NCBI GenBank assembly: GCA_965644295.1
Contig: CBFFRP010000108.1
Location: 287,093-351,092, forward strand
Source of the DNA: Paraphysomonas bandaiensis
Lineage: Eukaryota > Protista > Chrysophyceae
DNA length: 64,000 nucleotides
Reading direction: 5' to 3'
Part shown: in pieces, positions 1 through 12,342 of the stretch
How positions within the stretch are numbered: position 1 is the stretch's first letter
Layout: each line of letters starts with the position of its first letter
Notes under the pieces: model-generated
The model's input: the letters and a program-made list of their open reading frames with translations, nothing else
What the model was told of the DNA's origin: nothing
The model's database searches: none
Translations under genes and position numbers: made by a program

Positions 1-304
1 TTTAAAACTAGAAGCCCGTTCCCAGAAAACCCGAAGAAGTAGTACAGGTGAGTGTTTTTTACTGAAGGTTACCGTTGACTGTTGATAGTGCTAGAGTGCT
101 GTATATATATTATTGAATATATATAGAACTATTATTATTGAGGAATGGTTCACATTATATTTAAATTGTCCATATACCACCAGGAATAATATAAATATAA
201 TACTATGACTGGGTTAATCCCTCCACTTATCCCGGAATATATTGTCTTGAACACTATCACGGTTATGGGGTTCGGCGCTACAGTGACATGGATCTTTACT
301 CTAT

Positions 305-547
305 CAACAAAGTGTCGGATTTGCACATTATCGTGATGTACTGGGAAATAAATACTGGATAGATTTTATCTGAGAAAAAGTAACATGAGGCCAACTTTCA
401 AACAGAAGATTATGTTCTGCTTGTTTGGTACAAGTTACACCTTTCTCTTGTATAAAAACACGCCTTGACGAATAAATAGACACTCGGGGTTTTCAGGCTG
501 CCTGCTGAAGTTTTACACGCCCGAAACAAGCAAATCTTATGGACTCA
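305..547 (+). repeat. Diverged partial copy (copy A) of the ~480-bp structured dispersed element
   Basis: Starts CAACAAAGTGTCGGATTTGCAC and aligns by eye with 17167 and 41131. Shared blocks include GGTACAAG, TGACGAATAAA, GGCTGCCTGCTGAAGT and CTTA..GACTCA. Confidence 0.75.
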
Positions 548-2707
548 AAAAATCCTGAAGTCAGCAGATGTCAGGCAGATATATATCAACATTCTGCTGG
601 CTCACTGCATCTGTTCTGAGTGTTTAGTGCCGAATATGAGGTCACATGATTGGTGCAGCCAATAGCAGAGGTAGCGCGATAGGCGTACCTCATGGATGCA
701 TCATGACAATAGAAATGTCTTACCACACATACTTACTCCCCAGTCTTACTTACCTGACTCAGGTCATATAGATTAGACCTGACAATATATTATTCTAGCA
801 GTGTTTAGTGCATTTGTGATGATTTTAAGTTTTTTCTTTCGTACAGCAGCGGAGAAGGTTTACGTCTCTGATAATTGTTTACGAATACCTGTCTACTATT
901 CGTTGAAATTGACTCGATAATATTACGTTCATAATGATTAATTTTCTTTTGGTTAGAGACTCACCCATCTTTCTATACCGCCGTTTTGTGATTTTCATTT
1001 GAATTGAAAATTTCTGTTCCAGGTGGTTCATCTCTAGAAGATATAGAATAAATTAATAGACACAAAGTAAAGAATAAATTAATATTTTATATATTTTTAT
1101 AGATACCCCACACGATAATTTTATTTCATATTTTAGTATTATTATTTCATACTTGCGAGTACCACTCCAGTAGTTTCGTTTGCCATCAAGAAATAATGCA
1201 ACTACAATATTCAATCTCCTTGACTTATCTCCCATATGGTCGGCCTATTCATAATAATAACATTAAATCAGTAGATGGATAGAAGATTCCCATTCATACT
1301 GCTGCTGTTGTTATTGTTAAAATCATACTATTAAATCTAACCAGTAGTCTACTATGAAAAGCAGTACATCAAAAACGGTCTCTAGACGAGAATCTGAAGA
1401 AACCTGAAGAGATCATTAGGGAAAACTCATAGACTGGTTTAAGATTAAAGACTATAATGAGAATAGCTGAAAGTACACTCATTTTTCGGGCTTGTTTTCG
1501 TTTGGCAGATGTGTATCAGTTAATTGTGATGTGTTCTTGTTCTTGTCATGCGGAAATAACTAACTAATATATATATAGTAACTACGTGAAATCGTGACTA
1601 TGTCTACGATTGTAAATTTTGAATTAGTTGTGATGGTGAAGATAATCAATGGGGCAAGTTGAAATGATGATGTGAAATGTTTATCAAATTTTAGTTAATT
1701 GAATCAGAAATTGATACGTATCGAAGCAGTATAAATACTTATAGCTAACAGTCTTTTGTAATTTTATTCAAAATCCTACAAGTTTGAAAGTCTTCTCTGA
1801 ATAATTTGGCTTTCGTTTACATTTCCAGGTTATCCCACTGTCCACGAGTCCAATTATACGTTGTGTATGATGGCTGGTAGTAAGAGTTGTTGTTACTCAA
1901 ATCGTGCTACTAACGTAGTTCTGTGTTTACGCTATTTCTAACGTTTTTGGCCATAATAAACGAAAAAACTGTCCCATCAATATGCGATAAAAGAAACGAA
2001 GTTTACTTGTAACACCATATGATTGTTTCAGGTTGATTGGAGCCCTTTCCGTCAACTGATATACGCATACAGTTCAAAATTGTAATCTATGACACATACA
2101 TAATTCACAACCAGCCCCAAATCAACATTGTATACTAAAAGAATCTACCACATGTCATGCTGTTGGAACACTACTCGTAATGGTTGTGTACATACATACA
2201 TGGCAATTGTACAACCCCACAATACAATACATCCCATCCGTAACAGCTAAATATCACTGTTTAATACGGTAAATATCACCGTGTTGTGCTATTAGATGTA
2301 TGATCCGTATCGTTGTAGAGGTCAGAACCTTCACATTAAGTCATGCAAGGAGGCTCCAGAGGACTAGAAGTAACCCGCTATATATATAAGACAGTGGGTG
2401 GTTCATTCGATTAGAGGAGACTAATGAATTAAGTATAGCATGAGTCCACTACCCTCCAGTGCATGCCATGACAATCTCAGTTAATAGTGAGGTATGTGGA
2501 CAGACAGACTTGAGAGATAAATGAAAGCTAAAAATCTTTGAAAACTGATATAAATCCCTGGTTTCCGTAAAATACATAGTTTTCCACTATCAAAAATTCA
2601 GTACCAACAAGCACACATAATATCATCACTAGAATAAATTTGTAATATATATATCCTAAATTTATTGCATCCAAACAAGAAGTCTGCGCGGTGCTAAGGC
2701 CCGTATG

Positions 2708-2800
2708 GCAGAATTCGTCTAGTGGTTAGGACAACACGTTGTGGAGCCTACAACGTGGCGAAAGTCCGTGTAAACCTGGGTTCGATTCCCAGATTCTGCA
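2708..2800 (+). tRNA. tRNA-His: tRNA-His (GTG) with a 21-nt intron at canonical position 37/38 (2745-2765)
   Basis: Acceptor stem GCAGAAT/ATTCTGC plus A73. D-arm GTCTAGTGGTTAGGAC. Anticodon stem ACACG/CGTGT with GTG at 2741-2743. T-arm CTGGG-TTCGATT-CCCAG. Oligo-T terminator at about 2805-2811. Confidence 0.93.
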
Positions 2801-2851
2801 TTCCTTTTTTTAATGTTATTTTCCGTGTTTCTAAAATAGCAAAAAAGAATA

Positions 2852-2933
2852 TGTCAGAAGTGGGATTTGAACCCACGCCTACGAATAGAGCACGACCTGA
2901 ACGTGCCGCCTTAGACCACTCGGCCATCCTGAC
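2852..2933 (-). tRNA. tRNA-Leu: tRNA-Leu (CAG), long variable arm
   Basis: Reverse complement reads GTCAGGATGGCCGAGTGGTCTAAGGCGGCACGTTCAGGTCGTGC...GTGGGTTCAAATCCCACTTCTGACA, followed by a T-run on the minus strand. Confidence 0.96.
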
Positions 2934-3865
2934 TTTCATAACATCAATATTTCAAATAATTTGTATATATATATTGCTTTCTTTGTCCCACCCTAAGGTT
3001 AAACACATATGCTTTTATCAACAATCATTTGTATATCTATCCCGGCCTCACACCTTTATATCGTTGATCACATACGGAATGGACAAGATTTGTTGTTACT
3101 ATAGAGTGCGCTTAATGGCAAGTGTGGAATGATATTATACATCACATAAGGCTAGGAATACCTATGTGGTATATGGTATATGGCTGGTATTGCTGCAGTC
3201 AGTAAATGTTATACATAGAGTATAACCGGTATACCGCACAAGCATATTTTTCACAAACGGAACTTTCTGCAACGTTCATTGCTGGACAATACCTGTCCAA
3301 TTATTTGTGATCCATTGGCTGAGAGACGTCGTTGTCAGAAAGTTGGCCAATAGCATCAGGAGCAGCAGCAAGGAAAAGTGACAGGTGGGGCACAGGGGAA
3401 AGTGTAGGACTATTTACTGTATACTCAACGCCATACACTGTACTCGTCTGGTCCATGCCCCACCATCAGTCATTCCACGCATATTCATTCACCCAGCCAC
3501 CTATCCCTGTATATGTACAAGTACAGTCCTCCTCTACCCCTACACACATACGTCTCTCTCCTCTGCTCTCCTGTAGCGTGTATATCGCTCAGTGTAGTGG
3601 TTTCTATCCATTATATTCATCAGATAAATCTCGCTAACTCCTGCATAACATTCAAGGCATTCATGAATATGTACTAGATATTTACGAATATCTGTACAGT
3701 AACTGGGAGGGGATAGTTGCGTATTGTTACTGAAGGTAAGCCCACATATCTCTGTCATAACAACATGCCCTCCACTGCCCTCCACACTGCATGGACCATC
3801 TCTCATATATGCCTTATATATACACACATCCCTATATAACACTCTGCGGTGTTGTCGTATAGGAA

Positions 3866-5597
3866 ATGGACGACAATGCGAGTGACTGCAGTGATAACTA
3901 CATCGATTTTGAAGACCTGCTGGACTTCGGCTCTCCGAAGAAGGTCATAACATCATCTGTTTTGGTCTTAATAATGATTGAAATGCAGAGATCATTCAGT
4001 GACGTAGATACTCTGTTTGACAACCACAGCTATGGATTGCTCCCAGATGCAGTGTACGTTGTTTTTAGATGAGTGGTACTCGTGAATGACGCTGTCATAT
4101 GTAGGTATTCAACTTCAGGCCCCAACGATGATACCACTCCCTGGGAAATATTCTCTATGGACCAGTGGGCCCAGTTGCAGCTCTTAGGAGTCGTGTCAGC
4201 CGATGAACTAATTCCTAGAGTAGACTCCATTGCTCTATCTGGTCGACGCATTTCAGCATCCACTGTACCACTGCAGTTACACACCGAGACACGGCACCTA
4301 TGGTCTAAGGAGCTTGAGCTTTGTATGAATTCAGCGGTTGGTGTCATGTCATCGAGCAACAAGTCAGGTGGGTACTTTGAGGGTTACCGTATCGTCTGGT
4401 CTGGGGAGCGACTGCCAGAAGGCCTTACAGCAGAGAATATTACCTCACTTACACTTGATCACGGAAACAAACACGGACTTGACTGGAGGCATGTTTTCTA
4501 CCTTGAAAAGCAATGTCAGTTCACGTCGGACGAGAGCGAATACCAAAAAACAGACGCAATTAAGCGGGATGATGTTTCGTACGTAACGGCACTATGTACA
4601 CACGAAGGCCACCTGATTCCACATCCGAAACATGTGCTGCCGTTCACGATGGCTTACGCCACTGCTGACACCATTCCCATAAGGTAGCTTTGTTTGCGCA
4701 CGAGTGTAATGGGTCGTTCTTAATATCAATTTCTGCAGCAATATCATCACTGTGACGTACTCCCAGCGGTCCACAGATGGATCCCAAACCTCTACTCCTG
4801 TTACACTCAAAAGACAATTCTGCGACTCCCGGCACTATGTGGAGATTTACCGACAAGTTGTCGGTAAAAGGCTACGTGACCGTCCCGACCTTGTGGAGTA
4901 AGTTCAGCACCATTAGTATGAATATTTCTTTTACGCTTTGCTTGTGTGCAGCCCTCTCCTTGCCCTGGATCGCGAACAGAAAAGTCACCGTCGACGGAGT
5001 TACCAGCACAAGATTCTGAACTCCGTTGACAGTTCATCTAGCTCCACGATATCTGTGGAAGAGGCAGGATCCACCCCAACTACTCTAGAGAACTTGGCGG
5101 AATGTATCGCTGACTCGCGCAAGCTACTTACACCCGAGACTAACCGCACCCGTGCTACAGACGGCATGGGGAGCATGAAGGTAGTTTATACTGGGACTGA
5201 CGGGGAGTCCGAGCGGAAGAGAGCGCGGATTGATAACAAAGGGATCACAATCAACTCAAGCACGCCTATTCAGGTGTCTTCTACGAGAGAGCCCCAGCAC
5301 AATCATTCAACGGTTGAACCCGTTCTCGATTCCGATCCTACCACGTCCCCTGCCGTGCAGGATTCTCCACTGTTTGGTCTCCCAAAGAATATGAAGGAAT
5401 GGTCACAACTATTTAAACAGAGTTCTGAGCTATTATCAGCCCTCTCATCAATGCCAGCTACAAATCGTGACACCAAGAAAGCTGAACTTATGCAGGTGTA
5501 TATGGCACTACAGTCTGCAGGAGTTTCTCTTGGAGTGAACGAGGTGTTAATAGGTCATGTGACCGAAAAGCTGACTGTACTGTTGTCCTCAAGGTGA
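3866..5597 (+). CDS. Hypothetical protein, 5 exons (~508 aa)
   Basis: GT-AG introns 3944-3988, 4054-4104, 4684-4738 and 4898-4951 join the ORF pieces in frame (1527 nt total). No domain recognised. Confidence 0.7.
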
Positions 5598-6328
5598 TGG
5601 AGACGATCTTGTGACGTATATATATTAGCACCAATTGGGGTGTGTGGACGGGTGAATTACTTATGTGCCTTTGTACACAGCTGGTTAGATGGCATAATAG
5701 TGCAAATTACTGTAATTTTCATTGTTCATGCTCTAATTAATTTTTAGCTATCTTTCTGAAAGCAATGTCAGCTTTGATAATAATTATATTTGTGATTATG
5801 TCATATCTATATTATGTTACATGATTTTCATAGCCCACTCACACACAACGACGACGAATTTTTTTTCAAATTGTCATTGTGTCTTTATCATTGTCATACA
5901 GAATACAGAACAAGCAAGGAAATAAAGCCATTCCAGGTATATTGTCTTTGATTGTTTGTTGTGTATCTTGTGAGTATATATATTATATTTATATTCATTC
6001 ATTATATTCATAGTTATATAGGGTATAGGGGCTCTTCTTATTCTTGCTTGTTGTGCTTCTCCAATTATATCTCCATAATGTGCGAAAAACTTCTTGAAGT
6101 CAGTGAAAGTCTTAGTATCTCATCTGGGCTATGAAAAATATTATAGTGCAAATTACTGTTCTGCAACTAATAGAACCCGTGTATATAATACAAATGGTGA
6201 TCGATAAAAATGTATATCCATGTGCTGCTATCTGGTAAACGTATTAGGTATTAAGTCCTACAGTCCTACAACACTTTTACAAAAACATTACGATATCTAA
6301 TATAACAATCATCACGTATTGAGGAACT

Positions 6329-8551
6329 TTAAGGAGCATGTATTGGTATAGGTATTATTTTATTTTTGGTTTTCGTCTTCCTGCATCCTTGCAGCTTTAG
6401 TTTCTGTGTTCTCGCTTCATGAGAAACGCATAACGACGAATCTTTTTTTCTTTCTATTCCAAGATCCAATTTTAACGTGTTTCTCGTTGCACTCTCTATT
6501 GAACCATCCGGATGGAACACAAATAGCTGTTCTACCGCGCTGACACTGGAATCAGGCTGGCAAGGTAAGAAACCAATCGACTCACCCTGGTGCCTCTGTC
6601 CATCCAAATCTTGATAGGCAAGGCCATCATCAGACTGAGTAAAGTTTGGGATATACGCCAGTACAGCTGGCGATAAACAATACTTTCGGGAGTATTGGTG
6701 GTCGATTTCCTCCACTGTGGATAGTCTACAATGTCCAAAAAGAAACCCACTAGACAGCACACTACTTGAGAAGAGTGACGACTTGTTCCCCCAAGAGTTA
6801 TGTTGATGATCTAAACACGAGCCCTGCCCACCACCATCTGCAGCGCAATATAATCCAGAGCTGTCATCAGTGCGAGTGGCAACATGTCCTACGCAACCTT
6901 CCAAAGCAAAAGCCGTCGCAGGCGAGACGGGAGAACCTTCACTGTCACACTTTACCCAATCGTATGACCCATCACGGGATACAATTCTTAAGCATTTCCT
7001 GCGTTCTGGTTTCGTTTTGAGTCCCTTTGACAAGTAAAATTTCGTTGTCGGGACATGAAAAACTTTTTCTTCATCCAACATTCTCAGTATCTCATCCGTG
7101 TACTGGTCCTTCCTCAACTTGCGGGCAAACATAGGGCGGCGGGAAAGGAGGAGAGGCACATCTCCTGGTTGAAGCCACTGAGGGCTTGTGCCGAACCACC
7201 AAGCCATCGGCTGATGCATCATAGAGCGACATAACTCCTTCCCCTGATTGTTTGTGCTATCACAGTCAGCGCTCCAGGTGTGCGCACTGAACTCCTCTCC
7301 AAAACCACGGTAGCTCTTCATATCCGCCATGAGGTGGCAGTAAGGAGAGTTATAGAATAAAGTACCCCAGAATATCTCATCGCTTGTAACCATATATTGC
7401 AGGCGCGTGTACAGATAAGTCACTGCATCTTGACCCTCTTTGGTGTGCAGAGTCCAGTTTAGGAAATCACGGGAGATGAATGAGTACAAATGCACGCCGT
7501 GATAGTATCCGTCCAAATTGCTTATTGGCTGCTTTCGCCAACCAATGTGGCTTACCTCCCGACCACATAGGAAAGTAACGTCATTTAGGGAGTATTTCCA
7601 CACACTGGTATTTCCTGGTACAAGACCTGGTCGACCACCCGGGAAGCTTAGCCCTGCATACCGACTAAAGAAATTTCCGAGCTCCTGTGCAGCAGATACA
7701 ACTATGTGTGATTCGGATATGGTGACTACATGTGTCAGTGAGGGCCACAACGAGAGAGATATACGCATTGCAGTCATCTGCGCAGTGATAGTTGATATGT
7801 CTCCCCATTCGACATCGATGGCCTGATCACGCGGTACGAAAGCAGCGCTGTCAGAATGGTTGTCCACCCACTTGATAACTTCACCCCAAAGCGAGTCAGA
7901 AGAAGACGCGTCTACATGAAAAATGTAACGTGCATTCCATATATCCAGTGATCGATTTAGTATTCGCTCAGCAGATGCTAGCGCTATAGTTGCCTCACGA
8001 TGTAGTAGAACAATGAACACAACTAAGATACCTTCTCTGCGGTATTTCTTCTGAAGAGAAGCAACTTGAGTCTTGCTTGGCTTCACAGAGGGGCAATGTC
8101 TTGGGACTAATGAAGAAATGCATCTCGGCAGATGTCTATATTTTTCTCTTGATTTGTATGCACTCTTTAGCCGTAGCATACAATCGCTTGATAACTTCTT
8201 CTCCTGCGCACCGAAAGGCTCCATCAAATCACCTAACGAATTATTCACAAAGTAATGCGGCATATACGCAAAATCTGGAATAAGTTCTCCACAGTACTCA
8301 TATTCATGCACACCGTTATTTTGACGGATAGTTATAAATCTTTCGTTCGGGTCGGATGGATTCGTATCAGTCTGTGTCTCTACGGATACAAATGCATTCA
8401 ACACAACCAGCACCCATAGAGCACGGCATGAACCATGGGTGCGGTGCATAGTGCAAGAGGAGCAATACTCAACGAAAGTTACAATCAGTGCTGCAGCGTA
8501 ATGCCCCAGTGCGGGTGATTGAGTTGCTGCCTGTTGATTGCATCTCATCAA
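6329..8551 (-). CDS. Glycosyltransferase family 14 (core-2/I-branching/xylosyltransferase-like), membrane-anchored, with a Cys-rich, possibly ricin-B-like C-terminus
   Basis: Intronless 740-aa ORF with an N-terminal hydrophobic segment. Motifs IFHVDA, VEWGDIS, SDEIFWGT...NSPYC and FARK are typical of GT14. Confidence 0.8.
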   Translation of the reverse strand: MMRCNQQAATQSPALGHYAAALIVTFVEYCSSCTMHRTHGSCRALWVLVVLNAFVSVETQTDTNPSDPNERFITIRQNNGVHEYEYCGELIPDFAYMPHYFVNNSLGDLMEPFGAQEKKLSSDCMLRLKSAYKSREKYRHLPRCISSLVPRHCPSVKPSKTQVASLQKKYRREGILVVFIVLLHREATIALASAERILNRSLDIWNARYIFHVDASSSDSLWGEVIKWVDNHSDSAAFVPRDQAIDVEWGDISTITAQMTAMRISLSLWPSLTHVVTISESHIVVSAAQELGNFFSRYAGLSFPGGRPGLVPGNTSVWKYSLNDVTFLCGREVSHIGWRKQPISNLDGYYHGVHLYSFISRDFLNWTLHTKEGQDAVTYLYTRLQYMVTSDEIFWGTLFYNSPYCHLMADMKSYRGFGEEFSAHTWSADCDSTNNQGKELCRSMMHQPMAWWFGTSPQWLQPGDVPLLLSRRPMFARKLRKDQYTDEILRMLDEEKVFHVPTTKFYLSKGLKTKPERRKCLRIVSRDGSYDWVKCDSEGSPVSPATAFALEGCVGHVATRTDDSSGLYCAADGGGQGSCLDHQHNSWGNKSSLFSSSVLSSGFLFGHCRLSTVEEIDHQYSRKYCLSPAVLAYIPNFTQSDDGLAYQDLDGQRHQGESIGFLPCQPDSSVSAVEQLFVFHPDGSIESATRNTLKLDLGIERKKDSSLCVSHEARTQKLKLQGCRKTKTKNKIIPIPIHAP

Positions 8552-8926
8552 CTGCGCTCTCTATTCAACCGCTCATTATACACTGCTGTACTCAACTGTA
8601 TACTCTTCCTCCTTCATACGGACTGTATACCTGTATACACTGTATTTCATACCAACGCACCAAACAGTTCTATCTCAGCCTCACAGCCAAACAAAACTAA
8701 ATGATAGGTCAGGAATACACGAGAAATAGGAAGGGGCGGGATGCGACAGTCTCCCCAGTCAACCCTTGAAGCGTATGCGTCTCGCCAGTGGTTAGAAGAT
8801 GAGGGATCATCATGCTGTCCATGTAGTGCACAGGATGGGCCTACATGTACTTCACATAGCGTTAGTCGAACACCGCATCCCTGATACCTAGAAGCCGTAA
8901 TGTATGAGTGTTAATTTACCCCAATC

Positions 8927-9400
8927 ATGCTACGATTCACGAACTCGACAATAAAGAACAAGCCGCCGCCTATCATAACGACAAAGAAATCTGCTGTGAA
9001 GACCGTACGTGTTGAACAAGTCCGTACGGATAATAGCAACAATAAGTTAGATGTATATGAATCTGAGAGCACAGAGCCACTGGAAATACAAACACAAGAT
9101 GAGCAAAAGAAAGCTCCCGTAAAAAAGATGGTCTCATTACCATCTGCCCCAAGAAGCCAGCGAGACAAGATATTCTCCCGTATGCTCTCCAAAGCATCAA
9201 ATTCATTCAGTACTTCCATTAGAGGTGATCTATTCTCTGATCGGTCATCCTTCCGAAGAAGTCTTGGGGTGGGATCTCCTAAGGTCCACGCCGAAGTGTA
9301 TAAGGCTCCTCGCACTCCCCCGAAGAGGTACAAAAGGGAACGAGTTCTCAAAAGAATGCTTAATAGTTCATCCCCAACTCCTAAAGCCACTGAAGTTTAG
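8927..9400 (+). CDS. Hypothetical basic, low-complexity protein (157 aa)
   Basis: ATG-initiated ORF, divergent from the GT14 gene. No motif recognised. Confidence 0.5.
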   Translation: MLRFTNSTIKNKPPPIITTKKSAVKTVRVEQVRTDNSNNKLDVYESESTEPLEIQTQDEQKKAPVKKMVSLPSAPRSQRDKIFSRMLSKASNSFSTSIRGDLFSDRSSFRRSLGVGSPKVHAEVYKAPRTPPKRYKRERVLKRMLNSSSPTPKATEV

Positions 9401-10209
9401 TAACCTGTGTAACACGTATGTCAGTCATTGGCATAGCTTATATTATTTATCGTTAGTGTAGTGTTGAGGCGTAAATATTGTGGCCCTACTTTCATTCTGT
9501 GGTATTAGATTGAAGTATGCGTAGCACTGTAATTATTCTGCTTCGAGTGAGTTTCGTCTAAATTTTTCCTGTTGGTTGCATGTCAAGTTTTTTTAAAAAA
9601 CATGATTAGAAAATGTTTCTTTCTTCTACGACGCAGCCTTGTTTCACCAGTTGCTCGAATGGGATCACTACATTTGTTTTAGAAAAAGCTATCTTATAGC
9701 ATATGGCATTATAGAAGGTATTGAGTGAGTAGATCGCATAGGTTAACAATGCCTTTAGAAAAAGTAATAGCTTCCTCGTGGAGCATGTCATATGTAAACG
9801 AAAATACACAACACTTAATTAACAACCGCAGCACTACCGCATCATGGCGCCCGTGCCATGTATTAAGTACCTATAGTAATTGACAATTGCATGTAAGTCG
9901 TAAGTGAAATAGTATTTAGTAGGGAGTGTAGTATGTACATGAACAATAACATCCTTATTGCCAAGAAAAAAGTCAACAGGACTGTTATACCTAAGAAGTA
10001 GTAACCTAATGCTTTTTCAGCATCTTGTAGTTATTTCGTAAGATATATTGACATTCATTGCTATCCCATACTATTAATTATTAGTTGATGTGCGTGCATT
10101 GTGAGCACCTACTGCGTATATTCTAACTCTTGCATTTTGGTACCCAAGATAGTAAACACTGCGTGAAATATTGTTGACTTATATCTAGAGTTGGATTCAA
10201 GATCGACCT

Positions 10210-11109
10210 CTAAACTCCGACATTAGCGACTGCTGCTGCGGCTTCCTCCTCGAGGGTTGGGGGTTTTGGGGGGGCATTGTTCTTCTCTGCAGGAGCAAAC
10301 ACGTAGCCTGCATACACGAGCATTACACCAGCACAATGCATTCCACACAAAATAATCCATACGTGGTATCATAGTATAATGTCAGTGCAATTATATAATT
10401 CTACAAAACGATAGCTACATATATCCGACTTATTCTGCAGCGAAACCAACCTTTAGCATTGCGGAAGGAGCTCATGTCCCTCATGCTTGTAGCATGATGC
10501 TTATACTCAATCATAGTGGATGGTTCCAGATCAAGAATTTGCTTCATTTTCTCTCCAATGTGAAATCTCACGTCGTCATTGGTATTGTCTTTATTCCAGA
10601 CAGAAATGAGGTCCTCACGTGACCGGATATGCACGCTGATACCAACGACATCCGGCTCCTCAAAGAGCTCCCCGATGGTGGAAAGGACCATGTCATGCCA
10701 CATCTTTCCCAGAACAGAAGCACCTGTGTCGAGCTTCTTCTTTACTTTGAGAATCCAGCAACCACCTTTTGGAAAGCATTCCCACATGGGGGCGATGTCC
10801 GGCCCATCACGGAAGAGATAAAGATTGACATTCACATCGAGCACACTGGGGCGCTTAAGGTACAGGTAAAGTTTCCAAAAACTTTCGACGGTGTTGAAAG
10901 ACCCTAATTTAACTAGACTGGCGCGGTATTCACTGGCTCCAGCGACCTTCTTGTTCTGTTTTTTGTCGTACCAGAATGCCCAGTCTGTCTGGAGTGGGTG
11001 CTCACTCTGAGCATTGTCCCACACCGTACTATTTTCCATTTGTCCAACATCTAAAAGCCTATTATACATACAGTACAGTATATCATATATTCTTACCTTG
11101 TTTGCTCAT
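10210..11109 (-). CDS. eIF4E: eIF4E-family cap-binding protein (3 exons, ~236 aa)
   Basis: Motifs HPLQTDWAFWYD, VESFWKLY, LFR..IAPMWE, GGCW and ISVWNKD. Introns 11051-11096 and 10308-10450 give an in-frame 711-nt CDS. Confidence 0.92.
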
Positions 11110-12342
11110 GGCGATATCTGGCTATATAATAGTTATATGTAGTTTATAACTTCTGCTACGCTTAATACGTCAAACGGTAGTCCAGATAGACTAAAGTATA
11201 TTTACAATCCAGAAAGATGACTGCTATGCAATTCAAAGTACAGCGCACAGTATATGGAGCGCAAACGGACAATAGAGTTGGACATTAAGTGCTCCAGTTC
11301 TTCTCTATAGTCTACAGAGCCCAGCTGAGCCCTCCAGCCAGCCATTCAACACCATACAGCACAGGGCTATACGTACACTATACAGAGTCTGGAATACTGC
11401 TGTTCCATTGTACGACATAGTACAGGGAGTATTCTTGTACTACTATATACAGCGTATATACGTCCTCTGCGGTGCATGTACAAGCAAGATCTTGTATGAA
11501 GATCAGGGGCGGCATACTGAACTCTGCTTGCAAGTTTGGAGCTCGACTTATGGGAAAGAACTCCACATTACCGCATGTGAATGCGAATGCCTGCGTCTAT
11601 TTAAACACTATTCCCCGTGTTTAAGCAGGTGTCAGTAACAAGATTCTGTTATACTTACTTCTACTTTGAACAATCCATCTACGTATAGTTAATCTTACCT
11701 TGTTCATGTATTCAGTGTATGATGTGCTCTGACCTTTGTGCATATTGGCCAATAGAAGCACGTAATACAAAGTAAATGTATGTGTACAAAGATAAAATGA
11801 TCAGGATTAATTGACACCCATATAAGCATGGAGTCGATTGAAGTCTTAATTGCGTATATATAACTATAGCCACATTTACAAGAACTAGTTTTATGAATTG
11901 TTTACTGTCAAGAGCGAGAATATATGCCGAGATAGAATTACTGCTATGTGATCAATACATGAGAAATTTCTCTCGACCTTTATGCTGTGCAAGTGTTTTA
12001 ATAGTCAGGTTAGCAATGTATCACGTGTGTTTAGACAGCAGAATAGCGATACCGTAAGTATAGTTTTACACAAATAACTTCCGCTAATAAAGCATTGGTA
12101 TGAATGTAATCATAAATTAGCTTCGACCGAATCTGGGTTACCGTGAATCGCTAAATATGATATATCCGCACATCCAATTCTTTCCCGAGAATACGATTCA
12201 AGTATTAGTTAGGCACCCACCTGGCTCTACCTAAGTATGCGCTCAGAATGGAGCAGTGATAAAAGGATATCTTCAACCCCTGTTTGTAGTATTATATACA
12301 TTAAACATATTATTACTGACTGTTCAAAGTTTTAGACTAATG

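Noticed and set aside
2722-3132. ORFs overlapping the tRNA pair
   Set aside because: They are spurious translations of the tRNA genes.
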